DNA of 64,000 nucleotides, taken from positions 1-64,000 of the IMG/VR virus record IMGVR_UViG_3300032213_001531; one strand, written 5' to 3'. Below the pieces are notes generated by a model. The model saw nothing but the letters and a program-made list of their open reading frames with translations. It ran no database searches and was not told where the DNA came from. This document shows, piece after piece, positions 33,403 to 43,885 of this stretch. Made by a program: the position numbers and the translations under genes. Every line of letters begins with the position of its first letter. Position 1 is the first letter of the stretch. This DNA is from a virus.

Positions 33403-34180
33403 CTATAGGCTCCAAGGACTTTAGTTTAAAGTCTCCTTTACCAGCCTCTGCACATGCCTTTTTAATTGGACATGATTTGCAGATCTTTGAATTGGATCGG
33501 TAATTCTTTTCAGGTAGGGTTCTATCGACCCAAGCCTTACGAACTGATCTCATCCATTCAAACGTCTGGTCTACCCACCGACGATAATAATCATTTACTT
33601 CTACAGGAAGAATAAGCAACTCGTGGTTATTTTTATTTTCATAAATAAGAACTGCCTTTGCCTTCTTGAGAATCTTCATATAAATAAGAAGCTGAACTAA
33701 GTGTCCAGTCTTTGGCTTCATGTGAGCTTTGCGGTACTCAAAGCCCTCGTTCATCATAGTTTTAATTTCACCAAGGAGTTCTTCTCCCTGCCAATTTATA
33801 ATAACATCGCCATAGCCAAAAATTGGCGGGTCATTATTTACAATTTTAAATTCTGAATCAACAAGAAAGTCTGGAACGTTGCCCATTGCTTCTTGGATTC
33901 TTTCGTGAGACTTAGTTCCTGCAGTCATGTTGGCTGCACTATATGGTGTTGCATCATCTTCAAACATTTGTCCGTCAAAAGCTAAGTACCAATATCTTGG
34001 GCACTCACCATGGCCATAGGCAATTGTTGATGGAGCAAAAGTCTTTTTCTGTGTTTGCTTGTCAATACGATTTACAGTATAACCAGACTGAATCTTTTCA
34101 GTAATTCCCGCAACATCGATAGGATGAGTTGGTGGCTTGTCTTGCTTAACCATAACCTGCTGTAATAAACTTTTTGTCAT
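33380..34180 (-). CDS. Solo Cas4-like / RecB-family exonuclease with Fe-S cysteines
   Basis: CPR, GT..H, G..D, EIKT, QL..Y and C..CP....C motifs. Confidence 0.85.
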   Translation of the reverse strand: MTKSLLQQVMVKQDKPPTHPIDVAGITEKIQSGYTVNRIDKQTQKKTFAPSTIAYGHGECPRYWYLAFDGQMFEDDATPYSAANMTAGTKSHERIQEAMGNVPDFLVDSEFKIVNNDPPIFGYGDVIINWQGEELLGEIKTMMNEGFEYRKAHMKPKTGHLVQLLIYMKILKKAKAVLIYENKNNHELLILPVEVNDYYRRWVDQTFEWMRSVRKAWVDRTLPEKNYRSNSKICKSCPIKKACAEAGKGDFKLKSLEPIDEALSMV

Positions 34181-34217
34181 TTTTTATGCTCGTTTCTATT
34201 AGTATAAGTATAGCAGA

Positions 34218-34523
34218 TTATCGTGTTATGTATTTTAAAGCGGAGACTAAATTATTAATTGCTTCTGCTGCAGTATAATATAAATTCTTTTTGCCTCGGT
34301 CTGACTTATCTACATTAGCCATCCATGTTGCTTTCAACGCCATCTTTGCTGCGATAGCTTGAAGCCTTACAATTTCTATATGAGCAACATTGATTGGAAT
34401 GTCTGGCTTTATAATTAATTTAGCAATCATTGTTAAAGCTGTTGTTAATTCTTCATCTTCCATATAGTCAGCAATTTCTACCAAACCATTTACCATGTCT
34501 ATTGTTGTTACTTGTTGTTCCAT
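34218..34523 (-). CDS. Hypothetical protein
   Basis: Coupled ORF in the recombination block. Confidence 0.75.
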   Translation of the reverse strand: MEQQVTTIDMVNGLVEIADYMEDEELTTALTMIAKLIIKPDIPINVAHIEIVRLQAIAAKMALKATWMANVDKSDRGKKNLYYTAAEAINNLVSALKYITR

Positions 34524-34804
34524 TATTCCTCCACTAGATCTTCTAATATGCTCATCTCAATTATAGCAAGTCTGACTTTAGAGTTACCCTCGCCTATTAC
34601 GACTACAATAGCTGGGTCTTTTCCATTCTTCATGGCATCAGTTGTGGCCTTAGCCCAAACATCTTTATTCAAGGTAAAGGACTTGCCCACTTCTTTAAAA
34701 TCTACAACAAAGTTTTTCCAAGAAGCATCTCCCTTTTGTGTATTACGACCAGAGTTCTTATGCTGTTTAGCACCTATTCTCTTGGACTCACTTTTCTCCG
34801 TCAA
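34523..34804 (-). CDS. PD-(D/E)XK Holliday junction resolvase-like protein
   Basis: SGR...KGD and VDFKE motifs; probable TTG start. Confidence 0.7.
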   Translation of the reverse strand: MTEKSESKRIGAKQHKNSGRNTQKGDASWKNFVVDFKEVGKSFTLNKDVWAKATTDAMKNGKDPAIVVVIGEGNSKVRLAIIEMSILEDLVEE

Positions 34805-34964
34805 AGTCGCTCTTCTTTCTTTTACCAAGGTTAACCTTACTCAAATGTTTTTCTTTACACATCCAAGTTATTTCTTTTGTAATTGGATATAATCTTAATG
34901 TTGCAACCTCTGCCTTGCAAGTATGACAAAGAAATTTGCCATTATAAACTGTATAGTTAGGCAT
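34788..34964 (-). CDS. Small Zn-binding protein (58 aa), not in the ORF track
   Basis: CHTC...WMC...H; overlaps the recA stop. Confidence 0.65.
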   Translation of the reverse strand: MPNYTVYNGKFLCHTCKAEVATLRLYPITKEITWMCKEKHLSKVNLGKRKKSDFDGEK

Positions 34965-35967
34965 TTAACTTATCCTTGATTGATTGTTGCAAATCAAGAT
35001 CCTCTCTTACACGATTAACAAACGCTTCTTTTCCTTGTACTTTTGATCCGTCAGGAAGAATGTACCAAGCACCTGTGCGCTCTACAATTCCATTTAATTC
35101 TGCCGTACTAACCAAATCACCAATGGTATCAAGACCAATATCATTGCCTCTAAAATAAAAATCATACTCACCATTCTGAAACCCTGGAGAGGTTTTAGAG
35201 AATTGCAATTCCCATCTAATAGTTCTACCAATTTTTTCTTCAATTAGTTTATCTCCTACTTTAATCTTTCCCTTAATTGCTTGATTGTCTGACTCTGAAG
35301 AAAAGAGCTTAATAATACATGAGGAATAAAACTTAGTAGCCTGACCACCAGAAGGCTGCTGGCTAGTATACATAGCGTTGATATTGTTACGAGACTGAGA
35401 AATAAGAACAAGCAAAGTTGGCTTAACCTTATTGTTTGCGTAATTAAGCATTTTCCATGCGTTACTAAAGTCACGAGATTCAGCTCCAATCTGTTTAGTA
35501 TTTTCCAAAGCTTTCATTTCATCAGTATCTTTTTCAAAGTAAATTGCAGGAAGCATTGACGTAATAGAATCTACTACGATTAAGTCAACACCAGCATTCA
35601 TTAATGCCACACCTACATCTACCATATCACTGATAGTTCTTGCTTGTGAATAAATAAGTTTTTCTGGGTCTACACCTAATGACCTTGCCCAATCTTCTGA
35701 GTATGACATTTCTGAATCAATCCAAGCACACAGCTTTCCTTCTGCTTGTGCTAAAGCGATCATTTGAAGGCACATAGAGGACTTTGCAGAGGACTTTGAC
35801 CCCCAGATAAGAACTTGTCTACCATAAGGAAGTCCGCCACCCAGAGCACGATTTAAGCCATAACTGGGGGTTGGTTGATATTCATAGTTAACCCCAACAC
35901 CTGTTCCAAGTTTCTTTCTTAGTTTTGGATCAAGTTGTGCCATTGCTTCTTCTATTGTTACTGTCAT
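34957..35967 (-). CDS. recA: RecA-like recombinase
   Basis: ALGGGLP.GR, WIDSE, VVDS, SQ.R, GG.A..FYSS and G.WY motifs; variant Walker A GSKSSAKS. Confidence 0.9.
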   Translation of the reverse strand: MTVTIEEAMAQLDPKLRKKLGTGVGVNYEYQPTPSYGLNRALGGGLPYGRQVLIWGSKSSAKSSMCLQMIALAQAEGKLCAWIDSEMSYSEDWARSLGVDPEKLIYSQARTISDMVDVGVALMNAGVDLIVVDSITSMLPAIYFEKDTDEMKALENTKQIGAESRDFSNAWKMLNYANNKVKPTLLVLISQSRNNINAMYTSQQPSGGQATKFYSSCIIKLFSSESDNQAIKGKIKVGDKLIEEKIGRTIRWELQFSKTSPGFQNGEYDFYFRGNDIGLDTIGDLVSTAELNGIVERTGAWYILPDGSKVQGKEAFVNRVREDLDLQQSIKDKLNA

Positions 35968-36302
35968 TAGAATCTTACTCCATGTTTCTCTGGTCTAGTT
36001 TTATTAAAATCTACTTTTTCTCTTAATGCTTGATCAAGCGAAAGCTTGGTATACCCTGCGTCAACAACTCCAGCATATAGGTCAAGTGTACGAATTAAGA
36101 TATCGGCAAACTCTTTTGTAATTTCTTCTTCACCTTTATCTTTGCGAATTGCTTCCATTACTTCTGTTACCTCAGAAACAATCATCATGAGTTGCTTTGC
36201 AATAAAGATATCATCAACATCTTCTGGCTCAGGCCAAAATCCTTTTTCAACTGCAGCTTTATGCAAATTAATTGCTAGGTTGTCAAACACATTGTCATAC
36301 AT
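35967..36302 (-). CDS. MazG-like NTP pyrophosphohydrolase
   Basis: SEV.E..EA...E.AD..IR..D. Confidence 0.85.
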   Translation of the reverse strand: MYDNVFDNLAINLHKAAVEKGFWPEPEDVDDIFIAKQLMMIVSEVTEVMEAIRKDKGEEEITKEFADILIRTLDLYAGVVDAGYTKLSLDQALREKVDFNKTRPEKHGVRF

Positions 36303-39300
36303 TTATATCCTCCAAGATAACTGTTCCATCCTTAGTCTTACCAAAACTAAACTTATATACATTGCCCTCTTCAAGTTTCATGTAAGCTTTTGCAAATGTT
36401 GTAGGAAAAACAGTTACAGAGTGTAAATCTCTTGAAGAGTCTGCAAGTGTAAGCGAAGCCATTTTCTTTCCCGTTTTTGTAATCCTTGGTTTAAAAGATA
36501 CCACAAACATATCATCATCTTTATATGGAAGCATCTTGTAGTTTAAAAACTTTACAAGAGCACTGTCAGAACCTTTTATTTGGTCGACAGGGATAGCAGA
36601 AAGAATCCTATTATCATTAGCCAAAATGAGATACGATATGCCAGCTTCAATAGTGGTGTTTTCATCATCAAATATTCCTACGCTTCCTGTTTTATCTAAT
36701 AGTTCTACTCTTGACCAACCCTTTGATCTCTTAATACTTTTAATCATTCCCATCAAAATAAACGAACCCTTTTCTTCATAATCTTCAGTCTGCGTAATCC
36801 AAGCATGATAATGAGATGGCACTGAAATATTAAACTCTGGTAAGTTTAAATATTCATAAAGATTTTCTTTTATCTCGTTTTCATTTCTTGGTTGATCATT
36901 AAACGTTGCAGCACCAATAACTCGTAACGCTTGCAATGCTCTAGAATTAACTCCATTTCCTTTCGTAAACGTAAATTCTTCCAGTTGAGCATACGAATTA
37001 AAAGGCCTTGCGGAGATATACTTTTCGGCGATTTTATCAGATATAAATTTAATCCCCGACAAACCAAAACGAATACCCTTTCCTTCAATTTTAAAATCAA
37101 TATCCGAATCATTAATGTGAGGCAGCTTAATGCTAATCCCCATTCTTTTTGCTTCAATAAGGTATTCAGTGCGAGCATCTTTGTCCTTTTCATTCTTTAG
37201 TAGTGAGTACATAAACTCTAATGGATAATGATATTTTAACCACGCCGTCCAATACGAGAGCGTAGAGTAAGCAACCGCATGAGACTTGTTGAACGAGTAT
37301 CCCGCATGCGCTTCAAAGTCATGCCATAGATCACGAGCCGTATTGGGACTAACATAGGCAGAAGCACCATTGACAAACTTGTCCTTGAATACGTCAAACT
37401 CTTTAGCATCTTTTTTCTTTCCAATGATCTTTCTAACTTTATCTGCTTCCGACATGGACATACCGCCAAGCGATACGCATGCTTGCATAACTTGTTCCTG
37501 GTAAAGAATACAACCATAGGTTTCCTCCGTAAATTCTTTTAGTACTTGATGAGTATACCCAATATTTTGACGACCATGTTTGCGTTCAATATAGTCTTTT
37601 CCAATTGTATTCATTGCGCCTGGACGAACTAAAGCATTTGAAGCTGCTAGTTCTGCTAGATTCTTTACACCCATCTTAACAAGAAGATTTGTATAGGGTG
37701 CTGCTTCACACTGAAATACTCCTTTTGTATACCCGTCAGAAAGCATTTGATAAACATTAGCATCATCCATAGGAATATCTAATGGAGTAATCGTTTTACC
37801 ATCACGTTCTTTAATAATTTGAATAGCATCTTGAAGCACAGACAAAGTCTTTAATCCAAGTGCATCAATCTTAATTAAACCAATTCTCTCAGCTTCTTCC
37901 ATGTCAACCGCAACAACAGGAATGCGCTCATCACTACCAGTAGAAGACCTTGTCTCCATTGGTGCGAACCTAAAAATAGGATCTTTACTAGTGACAACGC
38001 CAGCAGCGTGAATGCCAGTACCTCTAATACGACCACGAAGTTGTTCCCCATATATTTCTACCTCTGGATATTTCTCACGGAATTCCCGTGTTGTTTTTGA
38101 AGTGCAGTATTCATCCCACGTATCTACCATCTTTAAAACTTTATTAACATCTGTTAATGGAATGTTTAATACTCGTGCAACATCTCGTACTACACCCTTA
38201 TCTTTAAATGAAAGAAATGTAGCGATAGAAGCAACATGCTTATACTGTCTAACAAGATAGTCTTTTACTTCTTCACGACGGTTGTCTTGAATATCAGTAT
38301 CAATATCTGGAAAGTCATTACGGTCTGGATTAATAAAACGGAAGAATAAAAGTCCGTGCTTAATTGGATCAATATCTGTAATGCCTAGTGTATAGCAAAG
38401 CAATGAACCTGCTGCAGAACCACGACCAGGCCCCACCATAATGCCTTCCTTTTTTGCCCAAGCAATCATACTACGAACAACCAAAAAGTAAGGTCCAAAC
38501 TTTTTATCTTTAATAATTTTTAGTTCTTCATCTAAACGATCTAAATATTCTTGGTTATCTTGTAATCCACGTTCTGCTAAACCTTCTAACGCAAGTGTCT
38601 TTAGTTCTTTGTCTGGGTTTTTATATTGTACTGGAAGAAGATCCATACCTTCTTGAATTCCATAGTCCCCAACTTTTTCAGCAATAGAAAGTGTATTAGC
38701 ATAAATATCTGGTCTGTCAATACCTTGAGCTTCCATGGCAGACTTCATTTCTTCATAAGAAAGGAGATGAATATCAAACTTGTTAAAAGTAATTTGACGA
38801 TCATGTCCGTATAGATAATCAAGTCTTTCCATCATATCTGTATGCTTTTTAGATTTTTCAAATGTATGTTCTTTGTCAATCTTTACATGTGTATTAAGCA
38901 ATAGCTTAAACTCTTGAATTTCTTTTTGATCTGTAGAACTATGATGGCAGTCTGGAGTTACGACTACTTGAACACCAAACTCATCAGCTAATGCAATTAG
39001 TTGTTTGTTAATTTCAGACTCATTGTGTGGCATTACTTCAATATAGTAATCTTCTTTAAACACACGCTTAAACCATTTAATATAATCTTTTGCTATTGCA
39101 AATTCATTATTTTCAAGTGCCTTTACAAGGACACTACTTGGGCATGCAGAGGTAACAATAATTCCTTCAGAGTACTTTTCAAGAACTTCAAAGTCAAACC
39201 TTGGCTTCTTAAAATATCCTTCTGTCCATGCAATCTCATTAATTTTATTTAAATTCTCTAAACCAATTTGGTTCTTAGCGAGAAGGACTATATGGTTGTA

Positions 39301-39567
39301 GACTAGATCAAGTTCGCCGTCTCTTTCCGACTTATCTCTTGTATCAAATCTATCAGCACACATATAGCCTTCTACACCAAGTATAGGCTTAATACCCTTC
39401 GCTTTTGCAATACGATGCAGTTCCCTATGCCCAGATAAAGTACCATGATCAGTGATGGCAATTGCTGTCATCCCTAAATCAACTGCACGGTCAACATATT
39501 CTTCTGGAGTAGCGATCCCGTCAAACAACGAGTAATGGGTATGTACGTGTAAGCCTACGTAAGACAT
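36295..39567 (-). CDS. dnaE: DNA polymerase III alpha subunit
   Basis: PHP LHVH..YS..DG/TDHG, GRGSAAGS, PDID.D, HAAG and YSFNKSH motifs. Confidence 0.96.
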   Translation of the reverse strand: MSYVGLHVHTHYSLFDGIATPEEYVDRAVDLGMTAIAITDHGTLSGHRELHRIAKAKGIKPILGVEGYMCADRFDTRDKSERDGELDLVYNHIVLLAKNQIGLENLNKINEIAWTEGYFKKPRFDFEVLEKYSEGIIVTSACPSSVLVKALENNEFAIAKDYIKWFKRVFKEDYYIEVMPHNESEINKQLIALADEFGVQVVVTPDCHHSSTDQKEIQEFKLLLNTHVKIDKEHTFEKSKKHTDMMERLDYLYGHDRQITFNKFDIHLLSYEEMKSAMEAQGIDRPDIYANTLSIAEKVGDYGIQEGMDLLPVQYKNPDKELKTLALEGLAERGLQDNQEYLDRLDEELKIIKDKKFGPYFLVVRSMIAWAKKEGIMVGPGRGSAAGSLLCYTLGITDIDPIKHGLLFFRFINPDRNDFPDIDTDIQDNRREEVKDYLVRQYKHVASIATFLSFKDKGVVRDVARVLNIPLTDVNKVLKMVDTWDEYCTSKTTREFREKYPEVEIYGEQLRGRIRGTGIHAAGVVTSKDPIFRFAPMETRSSTGSDERIPVVAVDMEEAERIGLIKIDALGLKTLSVLQDAIQIIKERDGKTITPLDIPMDDANVYQMLSDGYTKGVFQCEAAPYTNLLVKMGVKNLAELAASNALVRPGAMNTIGKDYIERKHGRQNIGYTHQVLKEFTEETYGCILYQEQVMQACVSLGGMSMSEADKVRKIIGKKKDAKEFDVFKDKFVNGASAYVSPNTARDLWHDFEAHAGYSFNKSHAVAYSTLSYWTAWLKYHYPLEFMYSLLKNEKDKDARTEYLIEAKRMGISIKLPHINDSDIDFKIEGKGIRFGLSGIKFISDKIAEKYISARPFNSYAQLEEFTFTKGNGVNSRALQALRVIGAATFNDQPRNENEIKENLYEYLNLPEFNISVPSHYHAWITQTEDYEEKGSFILMGMIKSIKRSKGWSRVELLDKTGSVGIFDDENTTIEAGISYLILANDNRILSAIPVDQIKGSDSALVKFLNYKMLPYKDDDMFVVSFKPRITKTGKKMASLTLADSSRDLHSVTVFPTTFAKAYMKLEEGNVYKFSFGKTKDGTVILEDINV

Positions 39568-39570
39568 CAA

Positions 39571-40224
39571 TTACCAGTCAATATTTGTGCTGGTAACAGA
39601 TGGAGTGTCAAACCCAAAGTAGAATGCTTCTTGCTCTGGATATGGAACTTCACGAACAACCTTTTCTAGGTTGAAGAACTCATGGTTTTCCCAATTAAAT
39701 GGCTCTGAGTCTGGCTTTGATGGAAGTAGTGTGTAATTGGTTTCAGTTCCCTGACCATTACGCTTTAGCTTCCACTCAAGATTGGAAACGCTACCTGTGT
39801 CAAGTGCGTATTCACGAATGTTGTTGAATGCCGATTGCTTTGAAATACCCTGTGACCAAACAGCAACGTATGGATCTTCTGTACCATCATTAATTAGTAC
39901 ATTGCAATAAAAACGAAGTCGTGCTCTCCAGCCTGACTTTGGTTCTTTGCGAGCCATCTCACAACCAAAGCAACGACCTTCTGCTTCTTGTGTACATGCT
40001 GCCTTGCGCTTATAATCTTTTGGATTTGTATGTTCTGCAACTACTACAGATAAGCCACGTGCTTCTGCATAGTGTGCTGAGTCCTGATCCAGTTCTTCAA
40101 CAAAACGAACCTTTGCAGATTGTCCGTCAGCTAACTTGACCCAACGAACTTTTTGTCCTGTACCTTCATATTTTGGCTTTTCGAGTAGGGCGTTGATATC
40201 TTTTAATCCCTTAATTACACTCAT
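39571..40224 (-). CDS. Probable single-stranded DNA-binding protein (gp32-like)
   Basis: K.RF, H...C...C..C, R.G.G.ET.Y; located in the replisome block; strong promoter and RBS. Confidence 0.65.
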   Translation of the reverse strand: MSVIKGLKDINALLEKPKYEGTGQKVRWVKLADGQSAKVRFVEELDQDSAHYAEARGLSVVVAEHTNPKDYKRKAACTQEAEGRCFGCEMARKEPKSGWRARLRFYCNVLINDGTEDPYVAVWSQGISKQSAFNNIREYALDTGSVSNLEWKLKRNGQGTETNYTLLPSKPDSEPFNWENHEFFNLEKVVREVPYPEQEAFYFGFDTPSVTSTNIDW

Positions 40225-40250
40225 ATGTTTCTCCTTTTATGTTGTTTATA

Positions 40251-41195
40251 TTAGTTTAGCATAGACTGTATGGTTTTGTCAAACGAAGACTCTAAAGTCT
40301 TTATTTCATCATCTGCCATATCGCCAATGTCTTTATATTGTTTATCTAGTTTAATAACGGAAACACGAGATCCAAGTTTTTCAATTATCTTATCTTTCAT
40401 GTTTCCTCCCGCCTCATCATTATCAGCAATAACAATAATGTTATTAAAGTATTTTTGAAGCAATTCTATTTGTATGTTGGATACATTAGATCCAAGTGTT
40501 GCAACTGCTGGAAATCCAACTTGATCAAGTCTTATGGCATCAAATGATGATTCAACTACATAAACTTTATCTGCTGTTTTTATTCTATGTAAATTAAATA
40601 ATGTTTTTGCTTTAGGCAATCCTGGAGTATTCTTAAAGTCTTTTCCTTCAACAGATCTTCCAACAAAACCAACTGGCATTCCATCTGGACTATGAACTGG
40701 AACTGTTACCATATCTTGTTTGTCTGAGTAACCTAAAGAAAATTTTGACCAAGACCCAAGTTCAATTTTACGATACTTAAAATAATCTTTTGCTCTATCT
40801 GACACCAATAGATTGTTGTAAAGTCTTTTTAATATTAACTCATCAAATGGAACAAACTCTGGCTTAGCATAAAGCTGTCTATTAATTTCTTGCTCTAAGT
40901 CCATCTGAGTTTCTTTATTCTTAATAAACCTAATAGACTCAAAGTATGTTCTACCAGTAGTATGCATTACTAATTCAATAAGGTCTGCAATTTTGTGACA
41001 TGAAAAACAAAAGAAGGTTCCGTTATTTTTATCTACTTCTCCTGCAGGAGTCCGATTGTTATTATGAAATGGACAGAAAAGAATATAGTCTGAGTCAACC
41101 TCTGACTCAATGTCTAGACCTGAGCCTGTGATGACTCTTTTGATTTGTTCTTTTGTATATGTATTGCCTTGGTTCCGTCTATTCCTGATATCCAT
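40251..41195 (-). CDS. dnaG: DNA primase
   Basis: CPFH...CFSC zinc finger; TOPRIM VES.FD and DND.AG motifs. Confidence 0.9.
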   Translation of the reverse strand: MDIRNRRNQGNTYTKEQIKRVITGSGLDIESEVDSDYILFCPFHNNNRTPAGEVDKNNGTFFCFSCHKIADLIELVMHTTGRTYFESIRFIKNKETQMDLEQEINRQLYAKPEFVPFDELILKRLYNNLLVSDRAKDYFKYRKIELGSWSKFSLGYSDKQDMVTVPVHSPDGMPVGFVGRSVEGKDFKNTPGLPKAKTLFNLHRIKTADKVYVVESSFDAIRLDQVGFPAVATLGSNVSNIQIELLQKYFNNIIVIADNDEAGGNMKDKIIEKLGSRVSVIKLDKQYKDIGDMADDEIKTLESSFDKTIQSMLN

Positions 41196-41440
41196 TCGCT
41201 TTGTCTCTTCCCTACGTATATTCCGTGTACTGTTAGTGCAAAATAAAAACTGTTCTTCTTCTCATTATAGTCTATCGTAAAATCTGGCTCAATGTCAAAC
41301 CTTGGGACATATCCACTCATTCTCATTTCTGAGACAACAAGTCTAATATATTCAATCTTAAGTCTGCCAATAGACGATTCATCGTGGATTAATCCATCCA
41401 GATAAAACTTCTTAATAGGTTTATGGTGATAGTTTGCCAT
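41114..41440 (-). CDS. Hypothetical protein
   Basis: Leaderless start (TATAAT-6-ATG); MR..GYVP motif. Confidence 0.7.
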   Translation of the reverse strand: MANYHHKPIKKFYLDGLIHDESSIGRLKIEYIRLVVSEMRMSGYVPRFDIEPDFTIDYNEKKNSFYFALTVHGIYVGKRQSEWISGIDGTKAIHIQKNKSKESSQAQV

Positions 41441-41461
41441 ATCCTATTATAACTGCCAATC

Positions 41462-42685
41462 TTAGTTTTTATCTTCAAAATCCTTATATCTGTAGTATCC
41501 CTTGTCAAAATCAACTTGAACAAGGAAGTCTCCCATAAAACCATTACGGTTTTTTCTAAAAGCACACTCGATGATATCGCTGTTAGTTGCACGACCTAAA
41601 GCAATAACCCAGTCAGCATCGTAGGCAATCTGTCTTGACCAAGCAGTCTGTCCCAATGTAGGAACTCCACTAAGATCATTAACATCATCTGGTGTTGCAG
41701 ATGAGATAGCAATAATAGGAACCTCTTCGCCAATAGCCATTAGCTTTAGTTCTCGTGATAGGTTTTTCATTCGTACCGTTTCATTATCTGACTTCTGATT
41801 AGGAGCCATTAGTTGAAGGTAGTCAACAATAACAAAGTCTGGTTTGTATTGATCAATCTTTCCACGAAGAACTGAAGGATTTATTTCTCCACCTTGATCA
41901 TTAGAAATAATATGGAACTCTGGCTTGCCTTGTAAATGTTTGGCATGCCACATCTTTAACATGTCCATTTCAACTTCACCGTTGCTAAGTTTTCTATGAG
42001 ACCAAAGACCCTCACCCATAATTGTAAATACACGGTTACGGACTTCTGTTTCAGACATCTCAAGTGATATTACAAGGGGTGTCTTACCCTGTTTCCAAGC
42101 CTGTACAGCAAAGTATAGAGCCATCCATGACTTTCCTATACCTGGGTATGCTAAGAAGACTCCTAGCTGCCCTGGCATAATTCCAGAAGGAAGGTAGTTA
42201 TCAAATCCTGGCAAGTTAGTCTTAATCCCAACGTGGCCTGCTGCTTGTTGAGCTTTCAAGTTTTCAAAGTATGCAACTGCTGACTCAAGATCAGTTACAT
42301 CAATATCACGAATTGCTGATGTGTTTTTCTTTAACTCAGATGTTTTAGTAATTAGTTGGTCAAGTGCTTCACCACCATTACCTGTTTGAATTTCTGAGGC
42401 TGCTGTGCGAATGATATCTTTTAGGCTATCAGTTAGATACTCTGACTGCAATTCTTCAAGGTGATGCTTAGTAGCACCAATGCCAGAGATAGGTTGAAAA
42501 TCTCTAAACTTTTCTACAACTAACTCTACTGGTGGAACAGAACTGTTATGCTCAAAATAATTTCTAATGAAATTCCAAACATCATTATGGGTTCTAAGCA
42601 GGTTATCAACATTTGCCTGTAAGAGAACGTGCACCTGCTTATCGCTTAAAACTGCAGAGATTAGTTTTGCTTCTGTATTATTCAC
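41462..42685 (-). CDS. dnaB: Replicative DNA helicase
   Basis: PGIGKS, SLEMS, VDYLQLM, SRELK, YDAD and KNRNG motifs. Confidence 0.93.
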   Translation of the reverse strand: MNNTEAKLISAVLSDKQVHVLLQANVDNLLRTHNDVWNFIRNYFEHNSSVPPVELVVEKFRDFQPISGIGATKHHLEELQSEYLTDSLKDIIRTAASEIQTGNGGEALDQLITKTSELKKNTSAIRDIDVTDLESAVAYFENLKAQQAAGHVGIKTNLPGFDNYLPSGIMPGQLGVFLAYPGIGKSWMALYFAVQAWKQGKTPLVISLEMSETEVRNRVFTIMGEGLWSHRKLSNGEVEMDMLKMWHAKHLQGKPEFHIISNDQGGEINPSVLRGKIDQYKPDFVIVDYLQLMAPNQKSDNETVRMKNLSRELKLMAIGEEVPIIAISSATPDDVNDLSGVPTLGQTAWSRQIAYDADWVIALGRATNSDIIECAFRKNRNGFMGDFLVQVDFDKGYYRYKDFEDKN

Positions 42686-42986
42686 TTAGCCACTCCCTTG
42701 CCATTCGTCTGCGCTCTGCTCTCTCTTTGTCATCTCGACCTTTATCTTTTTGTGCCTGTAAAATTTTTTCTGCGTTGTACGCAAAATAATTCCATGAAGG
42801 ATTTTCTGCAACCTTAAAATAGTACTCAAGTATATCGTAGCACCCAGAAACTCCGTATGACTCTACAAGAGCATCTGCTGCCCATTGCTCTACGTTTAAG
42901 TTTAGTGATGGCTTTTGCTCATACCTTGCAGTATGGTATTTACTGTAGCGTGAAAGCAAAGCCATTCGGTCTTTGCGCTCTGCCAC
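42678..42986 (-). CDS. Hypothetical protein (helicase-loader position)
   Basis: Overlaps the dnaB start. Confidence 0.7.
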   Translation of the reverse strand: MAERKDRMALLSRYSKYHTARYEQKPSLNLNVEQWAADALVESYGVSGCYDILEYYFKVAENPSWNYFAYNAEKILQAQKDKGRDDKERAERRRMAREWLSE

Positions 42987-43192
42987 TATTCGTTAATTTC
43001 AGCTTTTGCTTCGTTAATTTTTTCAGCAAGCTTGTCTTCAACAAATTTATAGACACGCTCAAAAGCTTGATCTGGCGTTTCTCCGTTACGTCTTGAATCA
43101 ATAATGCCAAGATCAAGTCTTAGTGATTGAAAATTTCCAAGGTTAAGCGTATATCCTAATGTAACAGATACTTTTGTGTCTTCGTTTTCCAT
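42986..43192 (-). CDS. Hypothetical protein
   Basis: T.NLGNF.S.R.D motif. Confidence 0.75.
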   Translation of the reverse strand: MENEDTKVSVTLGYTLNLGNFQSLRLDLGIIDSRRNGETPDQAFERVYKFVEDKLAEKINEAKAEINE

Positions 43193-43205
43193 TTTATACC
43201 CTTCG

Positions 43206-43748
43206 TTAAATAGACTCATTCCAAATTGGAATAAACCTTCCATCATCAGTTCTCGTATATGTAAGTATACCTTCTCCCATACGCCTTGTCAACTCTTGCT
43301 TGGTGGGAGTAATATCATTTGTTATTAAATTATCTTTTCTTGGTCTTCCAATATGGTTCATTGCAAGTATATCACGTATCTCTTTTACTTGCGATTCTGA
43401 GTAATATGATCTGACTTGCCATCCTCTTGCCCCGCCTTTTTGTGAGCCAGTTGGAAAGGGAATCAATCCTTTTTTCATTAATCTTGGCATATATTTTTTA
43501 TGACGATTAACTAAATCAGCAGTCTCCCCAACGGTGTATGCCTTCTCTCTTTTCTTTTTAAACTCACTAATTAAACAACTTTCAATCTGATCTTTTGTAA
43601 TATTATAAACAGACATAATACCATTAGACTTATTAAAGTGATGTACTCTTACTAAATCCCCATTTAAAAACCAAACTTTTTTATTGCCAGGGATTATAGG
43701 GAGGAGATTGTAGCCTTCGCTCTCTGTTGTTCCTTTTTTAGTAGCCAT
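43206..43748 (-). CDS. MerR-like HTH DNA-binding protein
   Basis: YTVGE.A.LVNR...G.IP.P...R.YYSE..V. Confidence 0.7.
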   Translation of the reverse strand: MATKKGTTESEGYNLLPIIPGNKKVWFLNGDLVRVHHFNKSNGIMSVYNITKDQIESCLISEFKKKREKAYTVGETADLVNRHKKYMPRLMKKGLIPFPTGSQKGGARGWQVRSYYSESQVKEIRDILAMNHIGRPRKDNLITNDITPTKQELTRRMGEGILTYTRTDDGRFIPIWNESI

Positions 43749-43885
43749 AAACCCTCTGATGTTTTTTCTGGAGGCGTAAAGAATACTCTGTTACCACAAA
43801 GCAGGCAATAGGTTTCAAGGTGTGTTGGAGTGCTGTAAATTCTATCAACTAGCATCCTGCCTTTGCATTTTTTGCATTTTAACAT
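43694..43885 (-). CDS. Zinc-ribbon protein
   Basis: C.KC.G.M...C..CG. Confidence 0.65.
   Translation of the reverse strand: MLKCKKCKGRMLVDRIYSTPTHLETYCLLCGNRVFFTPPEKTSEGLWLLKKEQQRAKATISSL

Noticed and set aside
28862-42685. Inteins or introns in TerL, RecA, DnaE or DnaB
   Set aside because: Lengths are normal, motifs are contiguous and no intein junction signatures were seen.
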